A stretch of 63,833 nucleotides of DNA, counting the filler, from Perkinsus chesapeaki ATCC PRA-425 (Eukaryota > Protista > Perkinsozoa), in the NCBI GenBank assembly GCA_013115145.1. It is 7 parts of 7 records of this genome, joined end to end, with 100 filler letters (N's around TTAATTAATTAA, not from the genome) between each part and the next. Parts side by side here need not be neighbours in the genome. Positions count along the whole stretch, not along the records: positions 31,685 to 52,601 come from JAAPAO010000608.1; positions 52,702 to 55,540 come from JAAPAO010001513.1; 5 more parts are not named here. One strand, written 5' to 3'. The notes under the pieces were generated by a model. It worked only from the letters and a program-made list of their open reading frames with translations, had not been told where the DNA came from and did not search any database. The translations under genes and the position numbers were made by a program. Of the stretch, positions 42,691-55,640 are shown one piece after another. Every line of letters begins with the position of its first letter. Position 1 is the first letter of the stretch.

Positions 42691-44065
42691 TACGGAACGC
42701 ATCATAACTCTAACAACATCTATGATGAGTTCATCCGTTGATTTTCCCACAAGTTGAATATTTTAAGTCTTATCATTTCCCCTCATTCTCATTATTAATT
42801 TTTTCGGTGTGTGTGAGTTTGAAGTCCAACGCCAAAGAAGGCTTAGTTAGACTATCCATACTATGTGCAACTTCCGAACGGCAGTTTAATACCTATACTG
42901 TTATTTCCACTGTACGGTTCACTCAAGGGAATTTAACTAGTCAAAAGAGATCCTACTTCTCCTAGCAGAATTCCCTTACGCATCCAAGGGCCTGTGTACA
43001 ACTACAAAAACACAGCGGCTCCAAAGGTACAGTTTTCCGGTATACTCAATTATTTCAACTCCGTTCCACCAATTCCACCCGAAATGACTGTGGAATTAGC
43101 GGTACGCATTTCGTAAAGAATTATTCTGTTATGAACGATTTCGGCAATCAAGGATCACATTTCCGTGATGCCAGATGAATGTAATGGTTTTTGAAACGGA
43201 ATGAGAGCTGCACATGGATGACAGAACGTGTGACTAATGTCAGATAATCGGTCCAAATTGCATAGCAAAAATGTTTCAGGAAAATTCCGCATGCTCGTGT
43301 ATTTTACCCGTGATGAAAGATCACGGATCCTGAGGACTTACCTTAATACAGAGAGATTGGCAAACTCGATCAAGTCTCTGAGGTATCGGCGGCGGGCTCT
43401 CGCTGTCTTCACCAAAGCAACTTCTACCGCTACGACTCAACTCACCAAATATGTGGTTAACTACCTAATTCGGAAAACGTAAGGATTGCAACTATTTCCA
43501 GAGTTCTATTGCTGTCTTTGCGCAGTTTGTCAGTTTGTCTGGGCCCGAGTTCGGTATCTCAGGATTTTCCGTCGAGGAATAAATTTCTGGAGTAATCAAT
43601 CCGAAGCTTATTTTCAATTATGACCCTCGCTTAGTTGTACACTGAGTTCGCATTTGTTGTTAGGTGAGTAGTTCCTACCGAAGGTGATGCGCCCAGAGTC
43701 CGAATCATATAATAAACATTCAAAGTTTGAATGGTGTTGGATAAGGCTTATTTGGGAGCAAACGGCACCGTGCCCACTACCTATGAGCATGAGTTTGCAC
43801 CCTGCCCCTTGCCTGGGCACTATGCCCTAATGGCCTAGCATCCAGTGGGAGTCAACCGACCTATGTTCTCAACCTTGTCCAGTTCCGAGTTGGAACTTGG
43901 AATTGCGCATCAAACTACGATATCGCAAGGTTTCAAGTTACAGCAAGTGCGCAAGAGTTCTCGAGTTTTGCAATCCGTAGTTCGGATTCCGAACGTCAGA
44001 AGTCATAATTAAACTACCTCTACAGTTCATCTTTGAACGCGTCTTTCTCGACAGAACGCTCTCTA

Positions 44066-46263
44066 ATGCCAACGTCTGATCGCATCAGAAAGAGAAAGGA
44101 GAAGGAGTTGTCAGCTCTCAAGGATCAGAATAGGAACATCAGAGAAATGTTCAAGGCTATGAAGTCTAGAGAACAATGTAGTTGGGAAAATAGTGTACAA
44201 TACCAAATTCATATCATGGATGCGATAATTATAGCACCACATCATGTTGTAATAACATTGTCATTGAGCCAGTTCGAAGCTCGAACTTCGAGGCCATTGA
44301 TCCGGCCAGAAGTAATCTAACGGTTTCAGGCTCGTCCTCATCGTCTGTAAATCCCTCTTCTCGTCCAAGCTCATCTTCTTCGTCCAGCTCCGCAGCAAAT
44401 GAGTCTGCGGAGTTGCCCGGTGGCAGTAGCGGTGATAACATTGCTACCGCTAACGATGTCAATCCTACCGGAGAACCACCCATCACCAGCGATGTCGAAG
44501 AGAATGAGCGTGGGTCACGGCATACTCGATTGAAATTTACAGCTATCTGTTAGATTCAGAAATAACTACCAATCGCAAGAGAAAGCGCGATGAAGAGGCT
44601 GCCGAGGCGAAACTATTGAAGTGGCAAACACTCTATCCAAGCCTGAAATGTTTCGAAGTCAAGCAACATGATAGTGACCCCACTGCGTCCGTAGCATACT
44701 GCAAGTCATGCAGAGCCCAAGCCCAATTGAAACTGAGCATCTTGAAGAAACACTCTGAGTCCAAATTATATCTTGCTCGAGCATCTAATCAAGCTGGCAG
44801 TATGATCGAAAAAATGAAGCGGCCGGTGATCGAGAGAGTGTGCGTTATTATACATGCTGTTTTGGTTGCAATGGTGGTGGGAGCGGCACAGCGTGCAACC
44901 CATCACTTGTTGGCAAGCTTCCAACATTACGGGGCCTGTGTCAGCTCATCCTGGATGAGCTACGGATATTCATGGGAATTCGTGGTAGCTGCTGCCCGGA
45001 TCGTCACAAAAAAACTGGTTAACGGCGTGAATGCTAGTGCAGCCCATCACATTAACTATGATTTATCCACTGATATAGCAACCAAAAAAAGGCTGGCCGT
45101 GATATTTACCTACTTCGATAGCACTGTCGGCCGCGTGAAACAGAATCTTATCGGCTTTATGGGCACTATTGGTAATGGGTTGGAAACAAAAAAGAAAATC
45201 ATGGATCTCTACAACACAGCTGGCATAAACCCCGATAAATGTGTTGGTGCGTGCACTGATGGTGGTGGTCCCGAGAAGAAAGCGTTCGAGTTACTGGTTC
45301 AAGACTCCTTCTTCCATGCTGACGCACAATGGAGTCACTGCTTGGTTCACAGGATTGCTCTGGCGGTAGAAGACGCGTGGTCGGGCTCTGAGTTCTGCAA
45401 GCGCGTAGAGAGCCTCTTCATCAGCATCTACAGTGAGTTCAGTAGATCGTCTCCGCGTGTCGGCACATTAAAAGAACTTCAAGAACAATTGGATGACGGT
45501 GTTGCAGATATGAACAGGTTTACTAAGTACTATCGGGTTCGCTGGCTGGGCAAGATCTCTTGCCTATCCCCTATCCTCAAACATAGTGCAGCGCTGCTGT
45601 TGTATTTTGAAAAACAAGAAAATCAACATCGAGCCCCACTCCACATTGGTTTGCTCCGGGATGAAACGGGAGATGGTGAGGTGGCTAAGCTATGGCTGGT
45701 TCTGACGAAAATTTGAGAGCACGTAGTTCGGCTTCAAAGCCAATCTTTGAATCTCTCCGATGCTTGCCGCCTGGTCGATGATCTTGAGGCTTCCATCTCC
45801 TTTGTTATCAGATCCGGTAGCCGTTACGTCTGCTAAAGGGATGCAGGTCGGTGCCGACAGTTCAGTTGCTGTACAAGAATATGTTATCAAATGCCGCAAT
45901 TTGAGATCTAGAGGAGACTCGCTAGAAGTAAAGGATCTTGCGGAGTTGGCGGCTCAGTCCGGGAATGAGGATTTGATCTATCGGGTAATATCTGGCCTGA
46001 TAAGGGCTCCTACGAGTTGTGGGGCCGAGAGGAGCTTTTCTGTATTGACCCGTGAGTTGTCGAAAAGTCAAAACCGCCTGGACAATGACCATTTACAGAG
46101 TGATACCATACTCTGTGCTAATCGCGATCTTTTACTGGAACTAATCGCACCTGATCGCACTGGTTTGGTGGAGGTCGCTCATGAATGGATGAGTATGAAG
46201 GATAGAAGAGAGAAGATATGCAAGTCCTCTGAAGATTTGAAGCAAGCAAGTCCTATCGATTGA
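44066..46263 (+). mobile_element. Decayed hAT-superfamily transposase (TTF-type zinc finger, ZNF862-like); TIRs not located
   Basis: KWQTLYPSL..AYCKSC..LKKHSES zinc finger; catalytic-type motifs DLSTD, CTDGGG, HCLVHRIALA (CxxH), VRWL; hATC dimerisation motif PTSCGAERSFS. An in-frame TGA at 45714-45716 is followed by continued homologous sequence (RLQSQSLNLSDA), then a frame change. Confidence 0.9.
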
Positions 46264-47399
46264 AGACTGTATACTATACAGTCTATGAGTCATGTGACAT
46301 GACTTATGCAGCATAAGCTATGCTGCATGGCTTGCCATGTCTACACATGACATTCGTTGCAGGCAAGTAACATGCCGCATGTTGCTCATGATATTACTCA
46401 GTAATAATTATTGCATGAGATATTATTTCATTAAGTTGATCATTAGCTGTAGGAGTGTGGTAGTTAGCTGAAGCTATGCCATAGAACCATTTGTGATAAC
46501 ACTATTAAAGTATTTATCACGCTCATTGCAGCGGTAGTCAACTCATCCCGATAATGTGTTGAGTTTATCACAACGAAACATTAGTGGAGACCGTGCCTTC
46601 TCAAGTGGATACTAATGCAGAACCCTGCCCTCGGATGCTTCTACAATGCCCTTGCGAAAAAAGGATGCTTAGCCAACACGTTTGAATTTCAAACCCACTT
46701 GTTCAATAATCTCTAAAGCCAAGTAAGCGCTCACCTCCTTCCTGTTGCACGTCTCCTTATTGGCAATAGTTCCCTTAACGAATCTAAGCTGTAGACGGGT
46801 TTCAGGATCAACGGTATGCAGTAAAACAGCAAGAGCCGCACATGACCTATCATCACCATAACATCAAAAATGATATCATCTCCTTACCAGCCCTGAGCGG
46901 TCAGAAGCCCCAATGGATCGTTACGCTTATTATCATTCGCATTCTTATTTATCTGAATAAACCTACACTGTATGATATAATGTTCGGCTTGTCTCGGCGG
47001 GGGCGGGTAATCTTAAAGATGTATAATTATGCAGCACGGGAATAACACGGAATGCATTACACCTGTATGTTTGATTACTTCGCATATCTCAGTCACCGAG
47101 GGTGGATTATTCCAGGAAAACAGATCCCAAGTTTAAATGTTGAGAACTAAGCCAGTTCAACAGAGTCTTTCACTTATTGCCATTCGGAAATACCGCCTTG
47201 AGTGGTTCAATTGATATTATTTAAGTGCTTGTGCACTACATTATGCATACTTAAACAGGCCACTAATGGCGGGGGTCATATCCTCTAGAACAGAGTTCAA
47301 CCTATACATTCACATTACGTAGGCTATAGAGTATAAATTAATATGCTAATTTCGAGCACCTCAAAAAAGGGGATCGTCAATGAACTTACAAATCCAACA

Positions 47400-49910
47400 T
47401 CAGCAGCTAACCCTTTCCGATCACTTCCAGACTTAAGGGAGCCTTTAGCAGCCAATACTTCTTCCCGACGGTGCCTTTCACTAACGATGGGGACCTAAAC
47501 GACCTTGCTGTGATAAACTTCTACTATAGAGACTCTATATGGATATATTTCACCATGACAATCGAACCTCAAACATCTCACAAGGAAGGGACATGAATGC
47601 ATCTATCCCCACGGAAATGAGTCTCGACTACCAACGCTTGAACAAAATACTTTTGTTAAGAAATGTGACCAACTACATTCCTCATTCCTCTTTAACGCCA
47701 TGGAAGGTAGACGTTAAAGTGATGGAACACCTTCTAACATTCAATTATAGCATGCTTACTAAACATCGTAGCATCGCAAGGTCACCAGCAACAACGGCTA
47801 AATGCATCAAGGTTATATCATCATCCTCAGTACTCCAATCACATGGGCAATCTCCGCTCTGATCGTGAATCTCGGGGTAGTTCGATACGAACTGGGTCCC
47901 TGAAAGCCTATTGTGTATCGAACGGTATGCACTTGGAGCTTCATTCTAGTGCGGGAATTCCCAAAAATGCTTCCAGTGGGAAATTGCTGCACTTTTCGTT
48001 GGTATAAATTTACAATAATATGTTATTGGAGAGTAACTTACTAAGGGGGACTTACCTGGGAAATCGGCGAGCTTAATTGTCTCGGTAGGATCGGCACCAA
48101 AGGAAAGTAAACATTGCACCTATAAAACGATGCATATCGGGCGCCATAAAGGAACATTCTCGAGATTCTTCGAGGTTCACAAGCAGTTGGGTGCCCCCCT
48201 GTCGCTAGGAACCAGTGCTACGGCAGTGTATGTAGTCGATTCGGTGATAAAAGAAATTTTCGGAAACTCTTGAGCGAGTGGTTTATACTCAGGCATCGGA
48301 AAGGTAGCTTCATGTACGATATAATATGAAGATTCTAGAACTGAGCGGAGGAAGCCCCATAGTATCCCAACACTGGAGACACCATAGTTTTCCTAGTACA
48401 TCTTAACAGTATAACAACGCTGAAAAATCCTTAATAGGGATTCCCTATCCCCTTAATTGATTATATTCCAGCCAAAGTACTCCAATTTTAATGTAGAGAT
48501 AACATGTAGGAATTAAGAAATAAAAATCAGGATAATATGAGAAATAATTCACTCCACTGCTAGCTTCGTACCTTCTCGGCTATTCGACAATTTTTAAACT
48601 TCTTACCATTTCTATATTCTGCCTTGCCACTGCGATGGCGATCGGCGTCCATTGGCTGCCATCACTTCTACGATCTCGAGTATTAACAAATTTACGATTG
48701 GTTATACGGCAAATTTCCTGATGAAAAAATTAAATATCATTCCTAGAATAATAACCCCACTTGCACAAGAGCGACATTCCCTCCCCATACGGCGCAATGC
48801 AACAGTGTCCAGTGGTGCTTCAAGGTCATCACCGCAGACATATCGCCGCCGCTGGAGTACTTCAACTACAGGCAGGGTAAATGACCTAATAGTGAAGGAT
48901 TGTCTTACCAGCATCGTAACAGTATTATAGTGTCCTCCGAGGGCTGCTAAGTGAATTGGAAGAAGACCTTCATCAGTCATGTCAAGGTCACTCGCACCTG
49001 CTACCGGACATTATTACACATGCGTACTGGAGAACACTAGGACATCTTTCAGGAATATCATCGTCACATGCATGAGCTGGCAAGGTGGGACAACATTTAA
49101 AAGTATCGAAGAATTGAACTAGAAGAGTAACTTTATAATTGTGTAAATTGGGAAAAAGTCTGGTTGCAATTTGCACCCTCCAACAGCAGCAAATAGTCTC
49201 ACAGCCACTGAGAAATTCAGTTATAAGTGACTTGAAAGCCTTCCAAGGAAGGCAAGCTGTACAAGCACACGTAGCGGCATATTTTATATTTCCATAATAT
49301 CTCCTCCTCCGCACTAGTAAAATATTCCCTATCAAACTTCCTATTCCCATACTGGTCACACATTCCCTTTAGTTTGCATGGTTCCCTCTAGGTCACCTTC
49401 ATCCGCATCATTATCAGGATCAATTTTATCGACTCGGACTCTCCCACTCGATATATCGTTAAATGTTACAGAATGTATACAAACAGCACCGGTTCTTGCG
49501 GAGGCCTGAGAATAGGCAGTCCTGTGGATCGAACCCGGAACCTTTCGGACCTTAGCCCCCGCTTTTAATAGAAGCTGAGCAGCTCTAACTTTCCCCTTCA
49601 AACAACAAATGTGAAGTGGTGTCCAGTCATACATCAATTTTCCTCGAGTCGATCTATCATTGACCAATCCACGGTAATATCTAATAGGTTAAGTGCAGAG
49701 TGAACGAGCGGCTCAAGTCGCACTGCGCATGCGTGCCAAATTGTGCACTCGCGCGCAAGTGCTGGTCGCGAACTTATGTTGAATAATGCTTATAATTGAT
49801 ACATTCACGAAGAGACCCAAGCCATCCATCTCGGGTTGGTACTCGGGAAGTTCTCCAACACTTTCGTACAGCTCCAGAAACACTCTTGAAATCGACCAAA
49901 ACCGCTCCAC
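47400..49910 (-). CDS. Multi-exon ankyrin-repeat protein; ends approximate
   Basis: YDWTPLHICCLKGKVRAAQLLLKAGAKV; GLLPIHLAALGGHYNTVTMLV; ITLMHLAVVAGDLAMLRC. Confidence 0.75.
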
Positions 49911-50379
49911 ACCGTTCTGGCGCGTAAAATTAGCGCCAACTTTGCATTCGGTCGGTTTCGAGAACTTCTCCTAGCGGCGACCTGACGCTGGTCCGCTGTT
50001 GGGAGGCTTAGGGAGATCGCCTTGTAGTCCTTTGGTGGACGCTAGGATGGCCATGCACTATCGAACACTGGAAAAGCCGAGCCAATTCATCGCAGTCGTT
50101 GGAAACTTACTCTTTTGTATTGCCGGCTCTGGCTTAAGCCCCCGCATATTCAAAACTTTGGATTATGAAACGACTGGATTAAAGCGGAATGTTGACTGGG
50201 CAGCGGAAAGATGAATGATTGTTAGTGCAGCATCGCGTGCGAAGAGAACTTCCCAAAGAAGTGCAACTGCTTGGCCGGGCCAAGTTGGCCCAATGACACA
50301 AATGTGGAACACGACCGCCATGGCTGGACCACGACGACGTTTAGCAGATTGCTAAACACTTCGCGTTGAGGCTGTCTCA

Positions 50380-51800
50380 TTTAAGGGTATTACCCTCAAA
50401 GCTCGAGCCTCCTACCTCCTCGAAGCAAGTAGTTTCCTCGGCGAGGAATCCTCGGACCTCCCATTCGTCATTCCCTTACTTTAGAGCCTCGGCCATTACA
50501 TCAGCTCCATCATTCCCTAGCCTTTTATTGCACACCTCTGCCACTATATGTAACTAGGATGGATTTCACAAATCAACATCAGAGAATACACCTACCACTC
50601 CAAAGCCGTCGAATCTGGCGCTACTGTGAACGTCGGCTGACTTTGTCAGGAAGGTGATTAGGATTTCATCTTGGCCTTGAAAGGCGGCTGAATGAATGGC
50701 CGACCAGCCATCATCGGTGTACTGAGAATAACATTCTGGAGGTTGTGCTGAAATTTAGATAACACGACCTGCAGTTTCGAATAACGATATGTATTCCTCG
50801 GCGAACGGGACAATCGCGGTACTTTAATCGAGATATAGTAGTCTACCCGATTCGTAGTTCCGGCGTGGAAGAGTCAATACCCGTGTGGGCATGATAGACG
50901 AACTGGTATACTTGGAAGTTAAAGATGGAATAAAGGAATAAATTTTCAGTTGAGGTATAAAACGATGCATGAACAAGTCTCGCAAGCACGCAGCGTACTC
51001 TATAGTAAATTATGTGGTACTTTAAGGTGGAATATAAGAGTATAGTTAGGTCATAGTATACTTTAGGAGTATATTCTAATTCATACCCTTACATGTGCCA
51101 TTGCTGAAGTACGAGGCTGTTCCAATAGTGTTTCGACTATCCTTGCATTACCACGGAAGGCTGCATGTCTGAGGATACACCTAGATGACCTTCACAGGCA
51201 CTCGCATACCTTAGTGGAGTTCTACAGCTTCGAACGGCGTGAGGGGAATAACATTCATCTAGCACTAACGCATCGGGTGAGCTAATGGCGAGTTGGCGAT
51301 TGACGGCAGACTGAGGAACGGCTAAGAATGATCATGAAAGATGTCTTGGTGCATACGAGCTGATTTTTCTCGATGGCGGCATGAAGTGCTTCAAGCCTCG
51401 TCTCGTATAAGACCCCATCTATTGGAATGTGGATTTCTCCACAGATAGCAGTAGGGGAAGGAACACCTCTCAAATTGGAGTCAGATACAACCATCAAGGT
51501 TTCCATAGATGAGCAAGTGAAACTAACAAGGCCTCAGCGAAGACCCTGAGAACCAAAAGAACACTGATAGCAAATCTGAGCTTGAACGTGAGCTAGTGCG
51601 CTTAGGGCACTGCCCTGAGGCCCTAGTCCGTCTGCCGTGCAATGGTACCTTGACCACTTTAATTGTGGTCGTCGGACAGGCTCATAAGACAAATGAAGGT
51701 GCCTTGTTGGGTGATCGCTATGACAATAATGAATGGTATATTTAAGTTTCACTTTCCAATTGATATCTGTGCGCTCCCCTAGCAATAAAATGGGATGCCT
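50380..51800 (-). CDS. Exons with RNI-like LRR and ankyrin-like motifs (same gene as 47400-49910 or an adjacent gene)
   Basis: LGNDGADVMAEALK (RNI-type LRR) and LEALHAAIEKNQL (ankyrin-like); exon joins unresolved. Confidence 0.4.
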
Positions 51801-52366
51801 CATGCAACGAGCAAGGTATTACACTATTACATTATTACGCCATTGTATTACAAGGTCTTATACTAAACGGGTTCAGGCTCTCATGCCAGACAGTCCAACT
51901 TAGACTAGTGGGTTTTCGGGGAAAAACTTTTCTTGCCTACTATTGGTATTACAAGTGATATCTTTGAATTCTCACCATAGCAGAACCTGGTTCACGCGGA
52001 GTGGTGTTTGTGGAGAACGCCAAGTGTTACAGTCAGAAATCTTTTGGCGTTGGAACATTGTATGTAAGAGCCGCGATAGCACAGAGACCACCTTCGCCGT
52101 ATTGCGTTCTGAGTTACAACGCACAAAATGAAATTCGCCTGCGCACATTCATGCTACGCTACCATTGCTACCTATGAGATCGAGAAATAGCGCGACATAA
52201 CAGCCCAATCTACAAAGGCTCCATACAGAAAAAAAGGAAGCCCGAAGCCCACCTCAGAAAGGATGTCAATAATATCACGGTCATCACTAGCGTTGAACTA
52301 TTGCATTGGTGCGAGGCAATGGGAGTCCATTGAATGGACGTCTTAGACGCCACGTCTAAGAATCTA

Positions 52367-52388
52367 CAGATAGACTATCTGAGATAGT
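52367..52388. other. +14-nt scar, T=CAGATAGT
   Basis: cagatag-actatctg-agatagt, perfect. Confidence 0.75.
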
Positions 52389-52703
52389 CTTTGTGCGGAG
52401 GGCGCCTTTAGGCACCTCTATAGGGTATTGATGGAGTAAGACGTGCGCCAGCAAAATCCTTATCTCCGATCATCCTTCATCCCGAACTAGCGGATCAACC
52501 AAATAGTCAAGAGGGGCCACTAGGCCGATTCTGATAAGCGGATTGAGCTTGCGAATGTAGCGGCTGTGAAATCTCCAGAGATTAAGGGAGTACCGCACGC
52601 ANNNNNNNNNNNNNNNNNNNNNNNNNNNNNNNNNNNNNNNNNNNNTTAATTAATTAANNNNNNNNNNNNNNNNNNNNNNNNNNNNNNNNNNNNNNNNNNN
52701 NGT

Positions 52704-55540
52704 CGAGGGTTCATTAATGGAAGATGTGTTTACCGTAACGATGCTCTCAGCGACGACCCAGCGGTTCCTGACGACGCGGTCTTCCGAATTATTGAGCCAA
52801 TCGGCCCGGTCGATGATGTTCTCTGTCATGTTACACCTGCTTCAGGAATCGACGTTCCCCCTATGCCATCAGTCGAGGCCAGTGGATTGTTACTGCCTAA
52901 GCTGACGGAGCAGGAGGACCGGTATGTCGATCGACTACTGAGCTCTGTGGAAGATGAAGGGTGGGCGCCTTTGCCCCGGACTAACCAGGCATATCATAGT
53001 AGAGTGCGTAAGCTGCTGCCCTGCGAGTTTATAGATCTCCCCGGCATACAGACGCACGTCTGCGAAGTGCGAGTCCCCGATCGGATTGTTTCTAATGATC
53101 GTGGAGCCTCATATGCACGGTCCCTGTATCTACGTCTACCCGACGAGCTCAAGAAAGAGTATTCGAGGTTGGTCTCAGATTATCTAGCTTCTCGCTGGTG
53201 GGTCCCCGTTGCGCGTGGTGCTGTAGAGTCTAGACAGCATGGTCAGTCACGTGCGGCCGCCCAAGTTTTTCTCATCCCTCCAGGAGGGACTAGGCGTAAA
53301 GCTAGATTGGTGGTGGATTTTAGAGCGTTAAATCGCGGGCTTCCTCCCGCAGGAAACAACCAGCCCCCGATCTCATTTGTCATTGGTGCCCTGAGAGCTG
53401 AAGCTCGGGAATGCATCGCCCTGGCAGATGCTCGATCAGCGTTCTATAAATGTCGCTTGTCTAACACCACATTACTTCTGGAGACTGGTGATAACCTCGA
53501 GTTTATATTCCAGAGCATCAGGATGTGTTTTGGAGTGGTTTTCGGACCCTCAGGCTTGAGTGGCAATATGGGCCGCCTCGGTGATTCGTTGAGATCATGC
53601 GATTTGCCCATCGCCCTATTATGTCTGGTGCTATTGGTCATTTTTGTGGATGATCTATGCGTCTCTGGTCCTACCAGAGCCACGATTATCGTTTTCAAGC
53701 TGCTGCTGTTCGTGCTCGCGAGAGCTGGATTCGATGCACAGCTTAAGAAGGTATTTGTCCTGTGTGTTGATCGCTGCCGACGAGAGGTTCGTGGTTCCCT
53801 GTTGGAGGCCCGTCTAGATTTAGAGATCGCTGATGAAGGGACCCTCCTGGGTGTAAAGCTCCGTTTTAGTGGAGATCGACTCCTTCTAGACTGTGACCGC
53901 TCTAGACATATTCGTCAAGTGGTTGCATTTCTGGAGGACATCTCTCGCAAGGAGATCACTACCAAGCGAGTGTGTTTCAAGTGCTCTGGCTGTCTTGCTT
54001 TTGACCCAGCTCAGCAGCACGTGTGGGCTCGTATTTGTGCCGATGGGTTGCGTGCATTGGTTGGGAAGCTGTATGCCAAGTTTGAGTGGTCTTCAGCTAT
54101 TGATCTTGGTGCTCTCAATGGTGATGCCAGGTCTGCTCTTGATTGTATCCTGAACTGGATGAAGAAGCTCTGCTCCGAGACCTGCAATCACTCTTCCCCT
54201 GTTCGATTTGGCGATAGTCCTTGCCTAGAGTTAGAGGCGGTTTGCGATGCGTCAAATAGCGGAGGTGGTTATGTGATTCGCACCCCTGATGGCACGGTTA
54301 TTCTTTCTTGCGCAGTGAGATGGCGTAAGGGAGAGCGGCGCTCTCAGAGCGCCTATGGCACAGTAACAGGCGAGAGTTATGCATGTTGCTTCGCATGCTC
54401 CAAGACCTGAGTGATTTCCTACAATTTCGTGCGAAGAGCACATGTGGTTCTGCCCAGAGAGCATCTGTCACGGTTTTATGTGACAATAAATCTTGTGTCC
54501 TTTGGTCACAAAGTAGTGACAGTCCTGATATTGTCGAGGCTTCTCGAGCTGTTGAACGAAGAGCCATTGCGCGACTCCTCAGCGGACTTCACGGCGAGTT
54601 GGTTGCTCTCAAGACAGTGTGTTCTTTGCGTATTTCTCACTTGGCTGGTCATCAGAACAAGTTAGCGGACTCGCTTTCAAGAGCATATGATAGAGTGACT
54701 CCATGCGGCAAGAGTCTGGCTGATTGTCTGAGTGGCATCGGCGATATAAGTGAGGAGGTTCCGAGAGACCCTACAAGAAGTGGCATAGGTTGGACAAAGC
54801 CTGACTCGAGGGATCCTTTGGATCCAGATTGGGAGCCTGACGCTGCTGATGTAGTGGTCACTGACGAAGCTTTATGTGCTCTAGATTTGGCTCAAGCTAC
54901 TCCTGACAAACCTCTTGAATACCCGTTCAGTCTGGCTGCTCACGGTTTATCAAGAGGGGCGTCCTGTTTTGATACGGTTTGCTTACTTCGATGTGACAGA
55001 GATAAGGTCTTTCGCGTATGCAATCCGGCAGCTGTTGGCGCTGAGCCTATCATAGAGAGGTTCGCGCGTCATTGCTTCGACATCTCACAGCTAGCTCGTC
55101 TCGTTTGGTCGGCCAGAAACGTTTTCGCCCTTCTGGGCTGCAATAGGATGAGCAGAGAGTTTGAGATGTTGGACTTTGACCGAGAGCAATGCCACCAGCT
55201 TGCGGCTCGATGTTTGCAGCAGTGTGAAGTACGGCTCAGCCGTGGATGACGGGAAGAGCCCTGTTCTACGCCCTTGTGGTCCTGTCTTCCGACGATCGGT
55301 TCGCGGAATGCAAGATGTGTTTTATCTGGCGTACCGTACAGGATCGGCGGCAGGGTCAGTTTCCTTCTGTCCAGTTGTCCCGAAGGATACTCCCACTACC
55401 TTTTTGAGAGCTCTGATCATCCGGAGTGCCCACCGAGAAACCCGGCATGGAAGCATTCCTGCTACCACAGCTCTGGTCACCGACTTCCATCTGCCTTCTA
55501 TTAATCAGGATGCTAGGAAACTGTCTAGAAGTTGTCTTGT
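52704..55540 (+). mobile_element. LTR retrotransposon pol (RT, RNase H, start of integrase), BEL/Pao-like, frameshifted; both ends in gaps
   Basis: RLVVDFRALN, AFYKCRL, RMCFGVVFGP, FVDD; Pao-type TKR..AFDP connection; RNase H CDAS, WHSNRREL, CDNKS, HLAGHQNKLADSLSR; integrase zinc finger IIRSAHRETRHG..SC. Frame changes near 54340 and 55235. Confidence 0.9.
54331..54352. other. +14-nt scar, T=GAGAGCGC, causing the RNase H frameshift
   Basis: gagagcg-gcgctctc-agagcgc; collapsing it restores WRKGERLWHSNRRE, colinear with WRQKHPRWHSNRRE of the second element. Confidence 0.8.
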
Positions 55541-55640
55541 NNNNNNNNNNNNNNNNNNNNNNNNNNNNNNNNNNNNNNNNNNNNTTAATTAATTAANNNN
55601 NNNNNNNNNNNNNNNNNNNNNNNNNNNNNNNNNNNNNNNN

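Noticed and set aside
45714-45716. In-frame TGA in the hAT transposase as readthrough or selenocysteine
   Set aside because: A further frame change and apparent internal deletion follow, so ordinary decay is the simpler explanation.
38087-46546. 14-bp inverted match atgagttgactacc / ggtagtcaactcat as hAT TIRs
   Set aside because: There is no flanking 8-bp TSD, and several such 14-bp matches are expected by chance in 64 kb.
54884-54896. tttggctcaag resembling the 3' end of the dinoflagellate/Perkinsus spliced leader; weaker similarity also at ~29292-29308
   Set aside because: The first match is only 11 nt and lies inside pol coding sequence (DLAQA). The second needs gaps and mismatches. I found no convincing SL relic upstream of the intronless genes.
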